NCBI GenBank assembly: GCA_029553475.1
Contig: JAKPKV010000186.1
Location: forward strand, 7,808-71,807
DNA length: 64,000 nt
Direction of reading: 5' to 3'
Origin: Armatimonadota bacterium
GTDB lineage: Bacteria; Armatimonadota; Hebobacteria; CAIYQO01
Shown here one piece after another: positions 1-9,069 of the stretch. The notes below the pieces were generated by a model, which did no database searches, was not told the origin of the DNA, and was given only the letters and a program-made list of their open reading frames with translations. The stretch's first letter is position 1. Every line of letters begins with the position of its first letter. Both the position numbers and the translations under genes were made by a program.

Positions 1-295
1 CCAGGAGCAAGTGACCGGGTGCGCGGACATCGACCTGGGATTCACGCCGGCAACGAACATGCTCCCGGTGCGCCGTCTCGCCTTACGCCCTGGCGATGCC
101 GCCGATGCCCCGGCGGCCTGGCTCAGCTTCCCGGAGCTGGCCCTCGCGCGATTGGCGCAGCATTACCGCCGGGTGGGCGCAGATCAGTATGCCTATCAAG
201 CACCCGACGTCGGCTACACCGGCACCCTGGTGGTGTCCGACGCCGGATTTGTCACCACGTATCCCGGCCTGTGGGCAGTCGAAGCGCTCCAGTAA
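1..295 (+). CDS. C-terminal fragment of a putative glycolipid-binding (DUF1089-like) family protein; start lies upstream of the window
   Basis: ORF runs in from the window edge and stops at 293-295. Motifs DIDLGFTP-N-LP-RRL and YPGLW match my recollection of PF06475-type proteins. Confidence 0.4.
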   Translation, partial: QEQVTGCADIDLGFTPATNMLPVRRLALRPGDAADAPAAWLSFPELALARLAQHYRRVGADQYAYQAPDVGYTGTLVVSDAGFVTTYPGLWAVEALQ

Positions 296-312
296 CCTGC
301 TTGCGCTTCATC

Positions 313-834
313 CTATCCCATGCCCTCTGCAAGATCGCGCACCAGGTGGAGGATCGCGTCCACCACCTGATCGAGCGGCATACTGGTATTGATTTCGTAA
401 TCAGCGCGTTGGCGCAGCAGCGGCTCGATGGTGTGCATCTGCCCCAGGATGCGTCTCACTTCGTCGGGATGCTTGCCATAGGCATTATCGGTTCTGGTGG
501 CCAAGCGTTCGACGATAACATCGGCAGGGGCACTCAACAGCACGATGTGGTCGAACTGCGGATAGAACTGCCCCATGTTCTCGGCACAGCCGCTCACAAA
601 CAGCAGGTCAGCGTCATCAGTGGCCAGCAGGTGCTGCATACGGTCTGCGCGCCACACCCAGTCTCGACCAGGTGCGACCGGTGACCCGAGTGCAGCGGGT
701 GTGCGGACGTCGTCCGTCCAGGCGGACCAGGCATCCGTGTCCGCATCAATCGCGTGATATCCTCGGGCCAGGAGTTCGCGGATCACCGTCGACTTCCCGA
801 CGCCCGAGATGCCGGTCAACAACACACGCTGCAT
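313..834 (-). CDS. P-loop NTPase / AAA-family ATPase (shikimate-kinase-like nucleotide kinase fold)
   Basis: Walker A LLTGISGVGKST is at the chosen Met (MQRVLL), 18 codons inside the ORF-track start. About 174 aa, typical small kinase size. Confidence 0.55.
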   Translation of the reverse strand: MQRVLLTGISGVGKSTVIRELLARGYHAIDADTDAWSAWTDDVRTPAALGSPVAPGRDWVWRADRMQHLLATDDADLLFVSGCAENMGQFYPQFDHIVLLSAPADVIVERLATRTDNAYGKHPDEVRRILGQMHTIEPLLRQRADYEINTSMPLDQVVDAILHLVRDLAEGMG

Positions 835-881
835 GCACACACCATGCCTTTCGCTCCGCCCGAGATGCCCTGAATCGTGAT

Positions 882-1559
882 TTACCACAGATACGGCACC
901 AAACGATAGCGTACCTTTTGCTCATAATCTACGTACCCCGGCAACTCGCGCTCCAGCAGTTTCTCCTCGTCGAGGATTCTCCACATGAGCACCGGCGTGA
1001 TGAGCACCACCACCCCGAGTCCCCACCAGAAGGCGAGCGCGAGGGGGATGCCGAGGGTCATCACCAGCACGCCCGCGTACATCGGGTGCCTGATGACCGC
1101 ATACGGGCCGGTCGTGATGACGGTTTGGCCGGCCACGACCTCGACCGTCGAGCCCCCGTAGCGATTGACTTTGAGCACGACAAAGTCGAGGAGGAATCCC
1201 AGCACGACCAGCGCATTGCCCAGCACGACCAGCGCGACCGGCACCGGCGACCACCCGAAGCGATGATTGAGACCGGAGCACACCAGCAACGCGATCCATG
1301 CCAGCAGGGCGAACGAGATGATGATTTTTTGCGCTGGACTCTGCTCCGCCGCCGGCCCCGCCTTCTTGCGCCGTTCCAGCAGTTCCGGGTCATGCAGGGC
1401 CAGGTAGACGCCGATGGCGTTCGCCGCGCCCAGGAAGACGGCGATGAAGACCCACGCCTGCCAGTAGGTGAGCGTCCCCGCCGGGAGAAACAGCAACGCG
1501 CCCAAGATGAGCACGCCGAGCAGGAACGTGCGGAGCGTGGGAATAATCAGGCGCTTCAT
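882..1559 (-). CDS. isoprenylcysteine carboxyl methyltransferase (ICMT) / phospholipid methyltransferase family membrane protein
   Basis: Multi-TM hydrophobic protein with conserved C-terminal RHPMY-G-E-L-YV-Y motif region (VIRHPMYAGVL ... EEKLLERELPGYVDYEQKVRYRLVP). Strong RBS AAAAGGAGG lies 6 nt upstream of the ATG. Confidence 0.7.
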   Translation of the reverse strand: MKRLIIPTLRTFLLGVLILGALLFLPAGTLTYWQAWVFIAVFLGAANAIGVYLALHDPELLERRKKAGPAAEQSPAQKIIISFALLAWIALLVCSGLNHRFGWSPVPVALVVLGNALVVLGFLLDFVVLKVNRYGGSTVEVVAGQTVITTGPYAVIRHPMYAGVLVMTLGIPLALAFWWGLGVVVLITPVLMWRILDEEKLLERELPGYVDYEQKVRYRLVPYLW

Positions 1560-1861
1560 GCCGACCTCCTTTTATTTGGCCTTGATCCAATGCGCGAAGT
1601 GCGGTAGTACTAGATATAGGGATTATGTGCGTCAACGGCCTCCGCGACGCCTTGGTCCGAAGGCACTCGTCGCCGCATAGAGACATCGTGCGCTGCGCGC
1701 TAAAAAATTGGCGGCGCCCCGTAAGTGGTGGAAATTGTGTCAACCACTGCGAGCGCCTGGTTGTACATTCGCCGTAATTCGGCGCGTCCCCCTGATGTCC
1801 GACTTTTTTGGCATCCAAGCCGGACAGCCGAAGGACTCTGCTCTCCAGCCTGGTGGGGTGC

Positions 1862-1926
1862 GTGAACCGTAACGCTACGCTTCACGCGCGTGTTTTCTCT
1901 GTCTGAAGCGTAACGTTACGGTTCAG
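1862..1926. promoter_or_regulatory. two tandem copies of a 24-bp near-palindromic motif (GTGAACCGTAACGCTACGCTTCAC ... CTGAAGCGTAACGTTACGGTTCAG), candidate tandem operator
   Basis: Read directly: 21 of 24 positions are complementary between the arms. The second arm contains the perfect 12-bp palindrome CGTAACGTTACG. Centre-to-centre spacing is 41 bp. It overlaps the 3' end of the small minus-strand ORF. Confidence 0.3.
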
Positions 1927-2197
1927 GCAGGTCATGTAACAGACTGATGGCCTCTTCGATCAGCCCGATCCGTCCCATGAAGGTCTCGCCACGTTCCGAT
2001 TCGTGCCACGCCTCGGACCGTGCCGCAGCGACGGCGGTCACCTCGCCCACGATCAGCACCCCGGACAGCACATACCACGCGGGGACACCCATCCGCTCCG
2101 CGCCCGGCCCGGCGAGGAGCAGCCCCACCGGCAAGGTCAGGATGACGGCGGACCCGGACTCGATAGTCAGCCACCAGATGAGCGCGAATTGGACCAC
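1916..2197 (-). CDS. hypothetical small membrane protein (two predicted TM helices); GTG start, possibly the remnant of a longer gene interrupted by an in-frame TGA at ~2221
   Basis: Hydrophobic stretches VQFALIWWLTIESGSAVILTLPVGLLLAG and VPAWYVLSGVLIVGEVTAVAAA. The same frame continues upstream past a TGA into MPHDVSAVPAAPRWERTFYPI. Confidence 0.25.
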   Translation of the reverse strand: MVQFALIWWLTIESGSAVILTLPVGLLLAGPGAERMGVPAWYVLSGVLIVGEVTAVAAARSEAWHESERGETFMGRIGLIEEAISLLHDLPEP

Positions 2198-2481
2198 CGC
2201 GCTCCCCAGCAGCGAGAACAGTTGTCCAACTCAGATGGGATAAAAGGTACGTTCCCAGCGCGGCGCAGCGGGAACGGCGGACACGTCGTGAGGCATGAAG
2301 GACTCCGGTGATACGCAGGCGATACCAGCCAGCACCCCGTACGCGGGACGGTGGTGACACGCGTGAAACGGCAGCAAGCTGGCCGTTCGCGCAAGCGCAT
2401 GGGCGTATCCACATGAGCATCATGGTCGCCATGTCGGACGCGCGTGGCGATGCGGGCGTGCCACGACGGTATAACGAGGAT

Positions 2482-3489
2482 ATGCAGCGATCCATGTTTT
2501 TGCACTACCTTGTCCTCGTCCTGCTGTGGACGTTCGGCGCAGCGGCCGTGGCGCAACAGCCGCCACATGCCATTCTACTGCACGGGAACGCGCTGGTGCC
2601 GGTGCGCCCGCTGGCGGCGGGCGTGGGGGCGACGGTCAGCCTGGATGACGCCACGCGCGCGGTGACGCTCACGCGGGGCGAGCTCACGTTGACGCTGATC
2701 CCGTATGATCCCGTGGCGCGTGCTGGCGATACAACGGTCAATCTCCCCGTGCCGCCGCTGCTGCGCGCGGGGCACTTGTTCGTGCCCGCGCGTGCGGTGG
2801 CAACGGCTTTCGGGGCGACGGTGGAGCTGCGCGGCGGCACGGCGGACGACGCGGCCAAACGCCTAGCGGTGACCTACGGCGAGGCGACCACCCTCTTCCG
2901 CGCGGTGGAGGGCGGGCAGGTGCTCACCGCGGATCTCACCGGCGATGGGCGGGCGGAGACCGCCTTCGCGGTGGCCAATGTCCCCGGCATCGATGCCTAC
3001 AACAGCCCGTATCTCTCCGACCTCGTGCCGCTGGAGGTCTGGGTCGTGCAGGGCACGCGGACCCTCTGGCGGACCTCGCTCGCCACCGGGGTGTCCGTCA
3101 GCCGATTCACGGCGCCGGAGCTGACCGGCGACCGCACGACGGAATTGCTCCTCTCCTACTTCACGCGGCATAGCTCTATGGGGCCATACCCGGGCAGCAC
3201 GTACACCGTGCGGGCTTTCGGATGGCAGGGGCGCACCTTCGAGCGCCTGCTCGCGCTGGAATATTCGCGCGAGCACGGACGGCTCTACACCGAGCCGGCG
3301 ACGCTGGGCAAGGCGGCGGCGTTCATCCTGGTGGATACGGACTGGCGACGGCGGCAGGACAGCAGCCGGTATATTGCCGAACTATACGCGTGGAATGGGC
3401 GCCGCTTCCCGCTGGCGGCACGGAGGGTCACCACCAGCCCGATCCCCAACGAGGCCGCCGCGCGCCGGCTCCTTGGCCTGGTTGAGTGA
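2482..3489 (+). CDS. secreted protein with copper-amine-oxidase N-terminal (stalk-like) domain
   Basis: Signal peptide MQRSMFLHYLVLVLLWTFGAAAVAQQ. LLHGNALVPVRPLAAGVGATVSLDD...LFVPARAVATAFGATVEL resembles PF07833-type repeats. RBS GAGGA immediately precedes the ATG at 2482. Confidence 0.5.
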   Translation: MQRSMFLHYLVLVLLWTFGAAAVAQQPPHAILLHGNALVPVRPLAAGVGATVSLDDATRAVTLTRGELTLTLIPYDPVARAGDTTVNLPVPPLLRAGHLFVPARAVATAFGATVELRGGTADDAAKRLAVTYGEATTLFRAVEGGQVLTADLTGDGRAETAFAVANVPGIDAYNSPYLSDLVPLEVWVVQGTRTLWRTSLATGVSVSRFTAPELTGDRTTELLLSYFTRHSSMGPYPGSTYTVRAFGWQGRTFERLLALEYSREHGRLYTEPATLGKAAAFILVDTDWRRRQDSSRYIAELYAWNGRRFPLAARRVTTSPIPNEAAARRLLGLVE

Positions 3490-3523
3490 TAGGAGAAAGA
3501 TTCGCCGTGGCAGCAGCGCGCGC

Positions 3524-6109
3524 CTACGCGGGGGGCAACACCTCCACCGTGCCGCGCCCGCCATCCACCCGCACCCGGTCGCCGGTGCGCAGGCGCAGCG
3601 TGGCGTCGCCGCAGCCGACCACGGCGGGGATGCCGAGTTCGCGGGCGACGATGGCGGCGTGCGAGAGCGGGGCGCCGATGTCGGTGACGATGGCAGCCGC
3701 GCGGGGGAAGAGCGGCGTCCATCCGACGTTGGTGACGCTGGTCACCAGGATGTCACCCGGCCGCAACTGCTCTCCCTCCTCGGCCGTGCGGAGCACGCGG
3801 GCGCGCCCCTCCACCACGCCCGCCGCACCGGGAAAGCCGGTGATCGCTCCGCCGTTAGCGGTGGGCGCATGCACGTGCGTCGCATCATAGATATCGCTGC
3901 GCCGCCGCGGGTCCGCCGCCCAGCGGAAGGGATCGAAATGCCCGCGAATGAGCGCCGGATACGGCGGCAGTGCCGTATAGCGCGCGTGGGCGGCGCGGCG
4001 GGCCGCGATCGAGTCTAACGATGTGTTATCCCCCGTGAGGACATCGAGAACCTCGTCGATAGACAGGAAGAACAGGCCGTCACCCTGTCCGGTTAGTTCC
4101 CCGGCCCGCAGGACGAAGGCGCGCAGCACCCCGAAGACGCGGATCACCTCCGAGCGTGCCGCTTCGCGGTGGCGTAAGACGTTCGCCATCCGCGCCATGT
4201 GCCGACGCATGGCGGCGGCCCGGCGCGGGGAGCGTGCGACGAATCTCTCCCACGCGGCCGCCTGCGCCTCCCGCTGGCGCGCGAGCAGCGCCGCGACCTC
4301 CACCGGCGTCGCGCGCAGGCCCGCCAGTTGCTGGTCGATCCACGCCGGGTCTTCCGCCGGGCGGGGGAGGGAGACTTCGAACTCGTGCGGGCTGCGATGG
4401 CCGTAGCGCCGCGCGAAGGTGGCGCGGTCGATCTCGCCGCGCGCCAACTGCGTCAACCCCAGCAGCGGCCCGAGGCTGGCGAGTTCCGCCGTGTCGCCGT
4501 GCAATCCGGTGAGCAAGGCGTTGGCGTCCGCTTCGCCCACCAGCGCGCGCAGCCGGTGACGGATGGTGACGAACGCGCTCCCCTCCTGCTTGGCCGCCGC
4601 CTCCAGCATGCGGTTGGCCTCATGGAAGAAGGGGGCCAGCGCCGTCTGCCACAGCTCCACCAACTCAGCGGCGCCGGCGGCCTGTATCCGGGCGTGCAAC
4701 GCCTCGCAGCGCGCCGGTGCGGCGGCGAGGAAGGCGGGCAGTCGCCTCCGGTTGCGCCGGACACGGCGCACCACGCCGGCGGCCACCGGCAGCAGCCGGC
4801 GCAACACGTGCCAGCGCGCCAGCGGGACCAGCGGGATTTCCAGCCCCTCCGGCAGGCGGCCGAACACATCCTCGATAAGCACTCGAAAGTCTGTGGACGT
4901 GAAGCCGAATGCCGCGGTCAGCGCAGCGGAGATGCTCAAGTTCATGTAGAATCGCCCGCCGATGTTGCCATACCCATAGTAGGGCGCCACGGAGATGCTG
5001 GCCATCGCGTCGGCCATGAAGATCTGCACCAGCGACCAGGTGCAGGGAGTCATGACATCGGGGATCGCTTCCCCCAGGTTGCCGTTCGACCACAAATAGT
5101 CGCCGAACAGGCTGTCGTTCCACTCGCCGGCTGTCGGGTTATGGCCGTGCAGCGCGGTGATGGGGCGGGCTTGCATGATGAAAAGGTGGTGATGGGAGCG
5201 TGCCCACTCGATGTCCATGGGCCGATCATACAGGCGCTCGATCCGCAATCCCACGTGTATCAGTTGCTTCACCTGCGCCGCATCAAGCACCGGAAGCGTG
5301 CGCCGGTCCGCCGGCACCGGCTCCTCATGTGTGCCCTCCGTGGTACGTACCGTCATGACCGTCTTCTCGCGAATCTGCTGTTCGATGATCTTCCCACTGG
5401 CCTTCTCTACCACGATGGTGTCAGGCGTCACCTGTCCGCCGACAATGGCCTCGCCCAGCCCCCAGGCGGCGTTGATCACCAGTTGATCGCGCGCCCCGGT
5501 CAGCGGGTGGGCGGTGAAAAGGATGCCGGCAGCCTCGGCGTCTACCATCCGCTGCACCACCACCGCCAAGCTCACCTCATCGTGGGCAATGCCATGTCGC
5601 GCCCGGTAATCGATGGCCCGCGCTGTCCAGAGCGATGCCCAGCAGCGTTTAACCGCCTCCAGCACCCTCGCGTCCCCGTGCACGTTAAGATACGTCTCCT
5701 GCTGCCCGGCGAACGACAGCTCCGGCAGGTCCTCCGCGGTGGCGGACGAGCGCACCGCGACCGCGAGATCACTCCCGCCGAGTGTGGCATACGCCCGGCG
5801 AATCGCGATGGCGATCTCCTCCGGCATGGGATGCGCGGCAAACAGCCGGGAAATCTGTTGCGACGCGGCGTCGAGCGTCGCCGGCTCATCCGGCGTGACC
5901 GCCGAGACCGTCGCCAGCAGTGGGCCCTGCAGTCCGTGTGCGGCGATAAAACGGCGATAGGCCGCGGTGGTGACATGGAATCCGGCAGGGACGGGCAGGT
6001 TGGCGCGCGCCAGGCGTGCCAGCGACGCGCCTTTGCCGCCCACCGTATCCAGCACCGCCGCGGCATCATCCAGGGCTAGCACGAACGGGCTACTGTGTCC
6101 GTGGCGCAT
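3524..6109 (-). CDS. PEP-utilising enzyme of the PEP-synthase / rifampicin-phosphotransferase (Rph)-like family: N-terminal ATP-grasp/PPDK_N domain, C-terminal swivel phosphohistidine domain, no PEP-binding TIM barrel
   Basis: 861 aa. N-terminus PFVLALDDAAAVLDTVGGKGASLARLARANLPVPAGFHVT has the PPDK_N signature. C-terminus GAPLSHAAIVARELGIPAVVGCGDAT is the PEP-utilisers mobile domain. RBS GAGGA lies 7 nt before the ATG at 6109. Confidence 0.75.
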   Translation of the reverse strand: MRHGHSSPFVLALDDAAAVLDTVGGKGASLARLARANLPVPAGFHVTTAAYRRFIAAHGLQGPLLATVSAVTPDEPATLDAASQQISRLFAAHPMPEEIAIAIRRAYATLGGSDLAVAVRSSATAEDLPELSFAGQQETYLNVHGDARVLEAVKRCWASLWTARAIDYRARHGIAHDEVSLAVVVQRMVDAEAAGILFTAHPLTGARDQLVINAAWGLGEAIVGGQVTPDTIVVEKASGKIIEQQIREKTVMTVRTTEGTHEEPVPADRRTLPVLDAAQVKQLIHVGLRIERLYDRPMDIEWARSHHHLFIMQARPITALHGHNPTAGEWNDSLFGDYLWSNGNLGEAIPDVMTPCTWSLVQIFMADAMASISVAPYYGYGNIGGRFYMNLSISAALTAAFGFTSTDFRVLIEDVFGRLPEGLEIPLVPLARWHVLRRLLPVAAGVVRRVRRNRRRLPAFLAAAPARCEALHARIQAAGAAELVELWQTALAPFFHEANRMLEAAAKQEGSAFVTIRHRLRALVGEADANALLTGLHGDTAELASLGPLLGLTQLARGEIDRATFARRYGHRSPHEFEVSLPRPAEDPAWIDQQLAGLRATPVEVAALLARQREAQAAAWERFVARSPRRAAAMRRHMARMANVLRHREAARSEVIRVFGVLRAFVLRAGELTGQGDGLFFLSIDEVLDVLTGDNTSLDSIAARRAAHARYTALPPYPALIRGHFDPFRWAADPRRRSDIYDATHVHAPTANGGAITGFPGAAGVVEGRARVLRTAEEGEQLRPGDILVTSVTNVGWTPLFPRAAAIVTDIGAPLSHAAIVARELGIPAVVGCGDATLRLRTGDRVRVDGGRGTVEVLPPA

Positions 6110-6404
6110 GGCTTCATCCTCACGTGTATCATTCTATAATACTACGACAATGCCACGTCCCGCCGGCGCCGAGAATCAGGCGTTGTCGGTTTTGATACAC
6201 GGCGTGTATGTCGGGCACACGAATGGAGAGCAGGCACATGAACGCGGCGGATGAGGAAAAGGCCCCTGTCGAAGCCACACGACAGGATCGGCAGTGTCCA
6301 CTCGGATGTCCCCTCATTGCACGCCGCTGCCGGCTGTTTCTCCCGTATTATGCGGGTCACACAGTAGATAGGGATCGCGCGAGAAGAGCGCGAAGGAGGT
6401 GTGT

Positions 6405-6773
6405 ATGCCCCGTGTGGTACACTTTGAGATCGCCGTGGATGATCCCGAGCGGGCGGTCGCCTTTTATCGCGACGCGTTCGGGTGGAAGATCGAGAAATGG
6501 AGCGGCCCGATGGACTACTGGCTCGTCACCACCGGTGAGGCGAACGAGCCGGGCATCGACGGTGCCCTGACCCCGCGCGCCGACGCCGCGGCGCCGATCG
6601 TCAATACGATCGGCGTGCCGTCGGTGGAGGCATTCCAGGAGAAGATTACCGCCGCCGGCGGAGCGGTGCTCGCGCCGAAAGCGGCCATCCCCGGCGTCGG
6701 CTATTTTGCCTTATGCCGGGACACCGAAGGCAATCCCTTCGGCATCATCGAGGCTGATATGAGCGCGCAGTAA
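6405..6773 (+). CDS. VOC family protein (glyoxalase/bleomycin-resistance/dioxygenase fold)
   Basis: VHFEIAVDDPERAVAFYRDAFGW ... GNPFGIIE is a typical VOC pattern. AGGAGG lies 5 nt upstream of the ATG at 6405. Confidence 0.7.
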   Translation: MPRVVHFEIAVDDPERAVAFYRDAFGWKIEKWSGPMDYWLVTTGEANEPGIDGALTPRADAAAPIVNTIGVPSVEAFQEKITAAGGAVLAPKAAIPGVGYFALCRDTEGNPFGIIEADMSAQ

Positions 6774-6929
6774 CCCGCAGCCAGGCGTCCGCCGGCCGTG
6801 AGATGCCCGGCTGGCGGACCGGCGCAGAACGCTCACCCGCGCGTTGTCGCTTTGCGGGTGGTGGGGTTCTCGGGCCGCCTGGAAAGCGGATGAGCCGCAT
6901 CAGCGGGGGTGAGGGCACACGGCACGTTT

Positions 6930-7330
6930 ACGGGGTAGGTATCCGATACTCCCAGCCTTCTCGCCAGGCAAAGTCCGCGCGAATCAGCTCCGCTAACGGG
7001 ATGCCGCTGAGTAGATGGTCACATGCCCACCGGGTCACCGCTTGCCGCCAGCTCTCCCCATAGGGGTATGGTATGTCCAGAAAACGTCCACGGTCGCGAT
7101 GCAGGTCATCCGCTCTGTGGCCGTTGCACGTGCCGTAGTTGCACTCGCGCAGCCGCCAGTCAACAAAGACGGGGATGCCGGTGTGGCCAAACGCAATGTG
7201 GGCTGTTTCGACCGCACGCCCACACCTGCCCGGTGCGGGCGCTGCAGCGCTGGCTGACCGACGCCGGTATCACCGGGCGATGGCTGTTAGATCATCATGG
7301 AAAGCCTGGAGCCGGTTGAATTTATACCAG
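6930..7330 (-). pseudogene. degraded histidine-phosphatase (phosphoglycerate-mutase-like, GpmB-type) pseudogene with frameshifts and stops
   Basis: One minus-strand frame gives GRAVETAHIAFGHTGIPVFVDWRLRECNYGTCNGHRADDL...PYGESWRQAVTRWACDHLL, matching GpmB-like -RA-ETA...D-RLRE-N-G--E...GES. The upstream piece (KFNRLQAFHDDLTAIAR, like WN-E-RLQG--D-PLT) sits in another frame and ends in a stop. The SHG motif is lost. Confidence 0.35.
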
Positions 7331-7579
7331 GTATCGTATGCCCCTCCATTCACCTAACCTCGAACCCTCCGAGCGCTTCCCGCCACTTTGAACGTGAAAA
7401 AACTGTGGACAACTACGGGGGGTCGTCTTCAGTTACCAGAGAGACAGAGAGAGAAATCGGGCTGTGAGGGGCGATTTCGGGGATTTTGCGGGTTGGGGTC
7501 GTCCACGGTTTCCCTGCAGGGAGATTTCGCGTTGCATGTATAAGGAATGGGGTGGTGAGGCGAAATAACGGCCACCAAC

Positions 7580-7611
7580 GAAAAAACCGCCGGAGAGTAA
7601 CCTCCGGCGGC
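7580..7611 (-). terminator. rho-independent terminator downstream of tRNA-Glu
   Basis: Minus-strand transcript reads GGCGGAGGUUACUCUCCGGCGG followed by UUUUUU (plus strand: AAAAAACCGCCGGAGAGTAACCTCCGGCGG). Confidence 0.55.
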
Positions 7612-7616
7612 AATGT

Positions 7617-7692
7617 TGGTAGGGCGTACGGGAATCGAACCCGTCATCTTCGGCTTGAAAGGCCGACGTCCTAACCGATAGACCAACGCCCC
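7617..7692 (-). tRNA. tRNA-Glu (anticodon TTC), encoded CCA
   Basis: Reverse complement GGGGCGTTGGTCTATCGGTTAGGACGTCGGCCTTTCAAGCCGAAGATGACGGGTTCGATTCCCGTACGCCCTACCA folds as a cloverleaf with anticodon loop CTTTCAA. Confidence 0.85.
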
Positions 7693-7733
7693 ATGACAGG
7701 GGGATTATAACGGATGCGCCGCAATTTGTAAAC

Positions 7734-8870
7734 TCAGGTCGCACACGCGGCGCGCAGGTGCGGATTGGCGGGCTCGCGGACGCGCAGGGCGGGGAGGGCG
7801 GCCTGGACTTCCGCGAAGGTGCGCGCGCCCTGCGACAGGTCCACGTGCAGCGCGCTGGCGCAGTGGGCGAGGCGCGTGATCTCCGCCAGCGACGGGAGAC
7901 CCATGCACATGCCGGTGAAGAGGCCGGCGGTGAAGGTGTCGCCGGCGCCGGTGGTGTTCAGCGGGCCGTCCACCCGGAAGGCGGGCACGAAGAGCCGCTG
8001 GTTCGCCCAGCCGGACAGGTCGGCGGGCGCCAGCGGCACCCCGCGCAGCCTCGCCGCGTCGCCGGTGCAGACGAAGGCGCCGTTGGGGCCGAGGGTGAGC
8101 ACCACGATGGGCACGCCCGCCGCCAGCAGCCGCTCGCCGATCTCGGTGAGTTCCTCCAGCGTGATGATTTCCTCGATCTCCAGCGCCTGCCCCGCGGCCT
8201 GGGAAGCCGCGCGGGCGCGCTCAACCAGTCGCGAAAAGAGCCCGACGGTCTGCGCCGCTTCCATCACGTTCGGGGTGAAGAGGTGCGCCAGCGGCAGCGC
8301 GGGGCCCAGCATGCGCGCCAGCGTCACGTCGTCCGCCACCGGCGTGGTGTCCAGCGATACCAGCACCCCCGTCTCGCGCACCGCGGCCAGCGTCGCCGCC
8401 AGCTCCTCGCCCTGCAGGCGCGCCATCAGCGGCGGATAGCCGATATGGAAGACCTGCCGCTCGCGCAGCACCTCCAGGTAGCGCCGATCGGGACCGAACA
8501 GATTCTCCAACCCCATCATCTCGTTCGTGCCGGGGCAGAAATACACGCCGCGCTTGCCGTCCGCGTAGACGGGGATGGTGCTCAGCGCGGTGCCCCTGTC
8601 GCGCGCGCGCACCACCATGCGCGTGTCAATGCCGTCGTCCTCCCACAGCTTCATCAGGATGTCGCCATTGGCGTCCGCGCCGATGACGGTGATATACTCC
8701 ACCGGCATGCCCAGCTTCACCAGCGCGCGCCCGGTGTTGGAGGTGGCGCCGCCGGGGCGATACTGCGTCTCGCGCACCATGGACAGACTCTCGCGGGTCG
8801 GCAGCGGCGCCGTGCCGTATAAAAACAGGTCCAGACAGGACACGCCGGAACAAACAATCCCTCGACGCAT
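7734..8870 (-). CDS. PfkB-family carbohydrate kinase (ribokinase-like sugar kinase)
   Basis: N-terminus IVCSGVSCLDLFLYG. GAGDTFTAGLFTG is the PfkB signature 2 region. Start chosen at the Met with GAGGAG-like RBS, 14 codons inside the ORF-track start. Confidence 0.7.
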   Translation of the reverse strand: MRRGIVCSGVSCLDLFLYGTAPLPTRESLSMVRETQYRPGGATSNTGRALVKLGMPVEYITVIGADANGDILMKLWEDDGIDTRMVVRARDRGTALSTIPVYADGKRGVYFCPGTNEMMGLENLFGPDRRYLEVLRERQVFHIGYPPLMARLQGEELAATLAAVRETGVLVSLDTTPVADDVTLARMLGPALPLAHLFTPNVMEAAQTVGLFSRLVERARAASQAAGQALEIEEIITLEELTEIGERLLAAGVPIVVLTLGPNGAFVCTGDAARLRGVPLAPADLSGWANQRLFVPAFRVDGPLNTTGAGDTFTAGLFTGMCMGLPSLAEITRLAHCASALHVDLSQGARTFAEVQAALPALRVREPANPHLRAACAT

Positions 8871-9069
8871 GCACACACTCCTCACGCGGAATACCACCCC
8901 ATTCGCGCGCACCCCCCCATGTTCCTGCCGAAACGACGACGCGGATGCGCAGACACGCCATTGCGCACAACCTGTATGCCACGTCTGTCTCCTTTACGCG
9001 GGCATGTTCGCGTCTTTGCGGTGATTTTTCTGGTTTTGGTAGCTCCGGTTATCGCTCCTGTATAACCCA

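Noticed and set aside
2221-2290. Possible TGA read-through or selenocysteine joining MPHDVSAVPAAPRWERTFYPI to the downstream membrane ORF.
   Set aside because: No SECIS-like hairpin is evident, and the upstream 21-aa segment has no recognisable function. It is more parsimonious that this is a non-coding region or a decayed gene with a GTG restart.
2308-2481. Upstream in-frame extension of the copper-amine-oxidase-like gene, plus similar 5' extensions of ORF-track entries (for example 30317 for the SIS gene, 10025 for rsmD, 38851 for pyrC, 24668 for the E2 gene).
   Set aside because: Internal Met codons have strong RBSs and, where applicable, signal peptides, and the extensions overlap upstream genes or tRNAs. 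Starts were moved to the supported internal ATG/GTG.
4199-6079. 626-aa plus-strand ORF, along with many other long ORFs such as 7758-8822 (+), 9992-11206 (-), 16738-17787 (+), 17303-18310 (-), 24584-25573 (-), 62077-63270 (-) and 61851-62933 (+).
   Set aside because: They are antisense to well-supported genes and Arg/Ala/Gly/Pro-rich, typical of stop-codon-poor frames in ~70% GC DNA. They have no RBS and no domain signatures.
6129-6150. TATAAT hexamer (TTCTATAATACT) in the divergent intergenic region between the Rph-like gene and the VOC gene.
   Set aside because: It is a plausible -10 but has no convincing -35 and lies about 260 nt from the VOC start. It is not reported as a feature, only noted.
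7225-7262. A plus-strand peptide CPVRALQRWLTDAGITGRWL resembling a tyrosine-recombinase motif (CPV-AL--WL), which would suggest an integrase remnant beside tRNA-Glu.
   Set aside because: It is only about 12 residues, has no flanking integrase sequence in any frame, and is antisense to the better-supported histidine-phosphatase pseudogene frame. It is most likely a chance match in GC-rich DNA.
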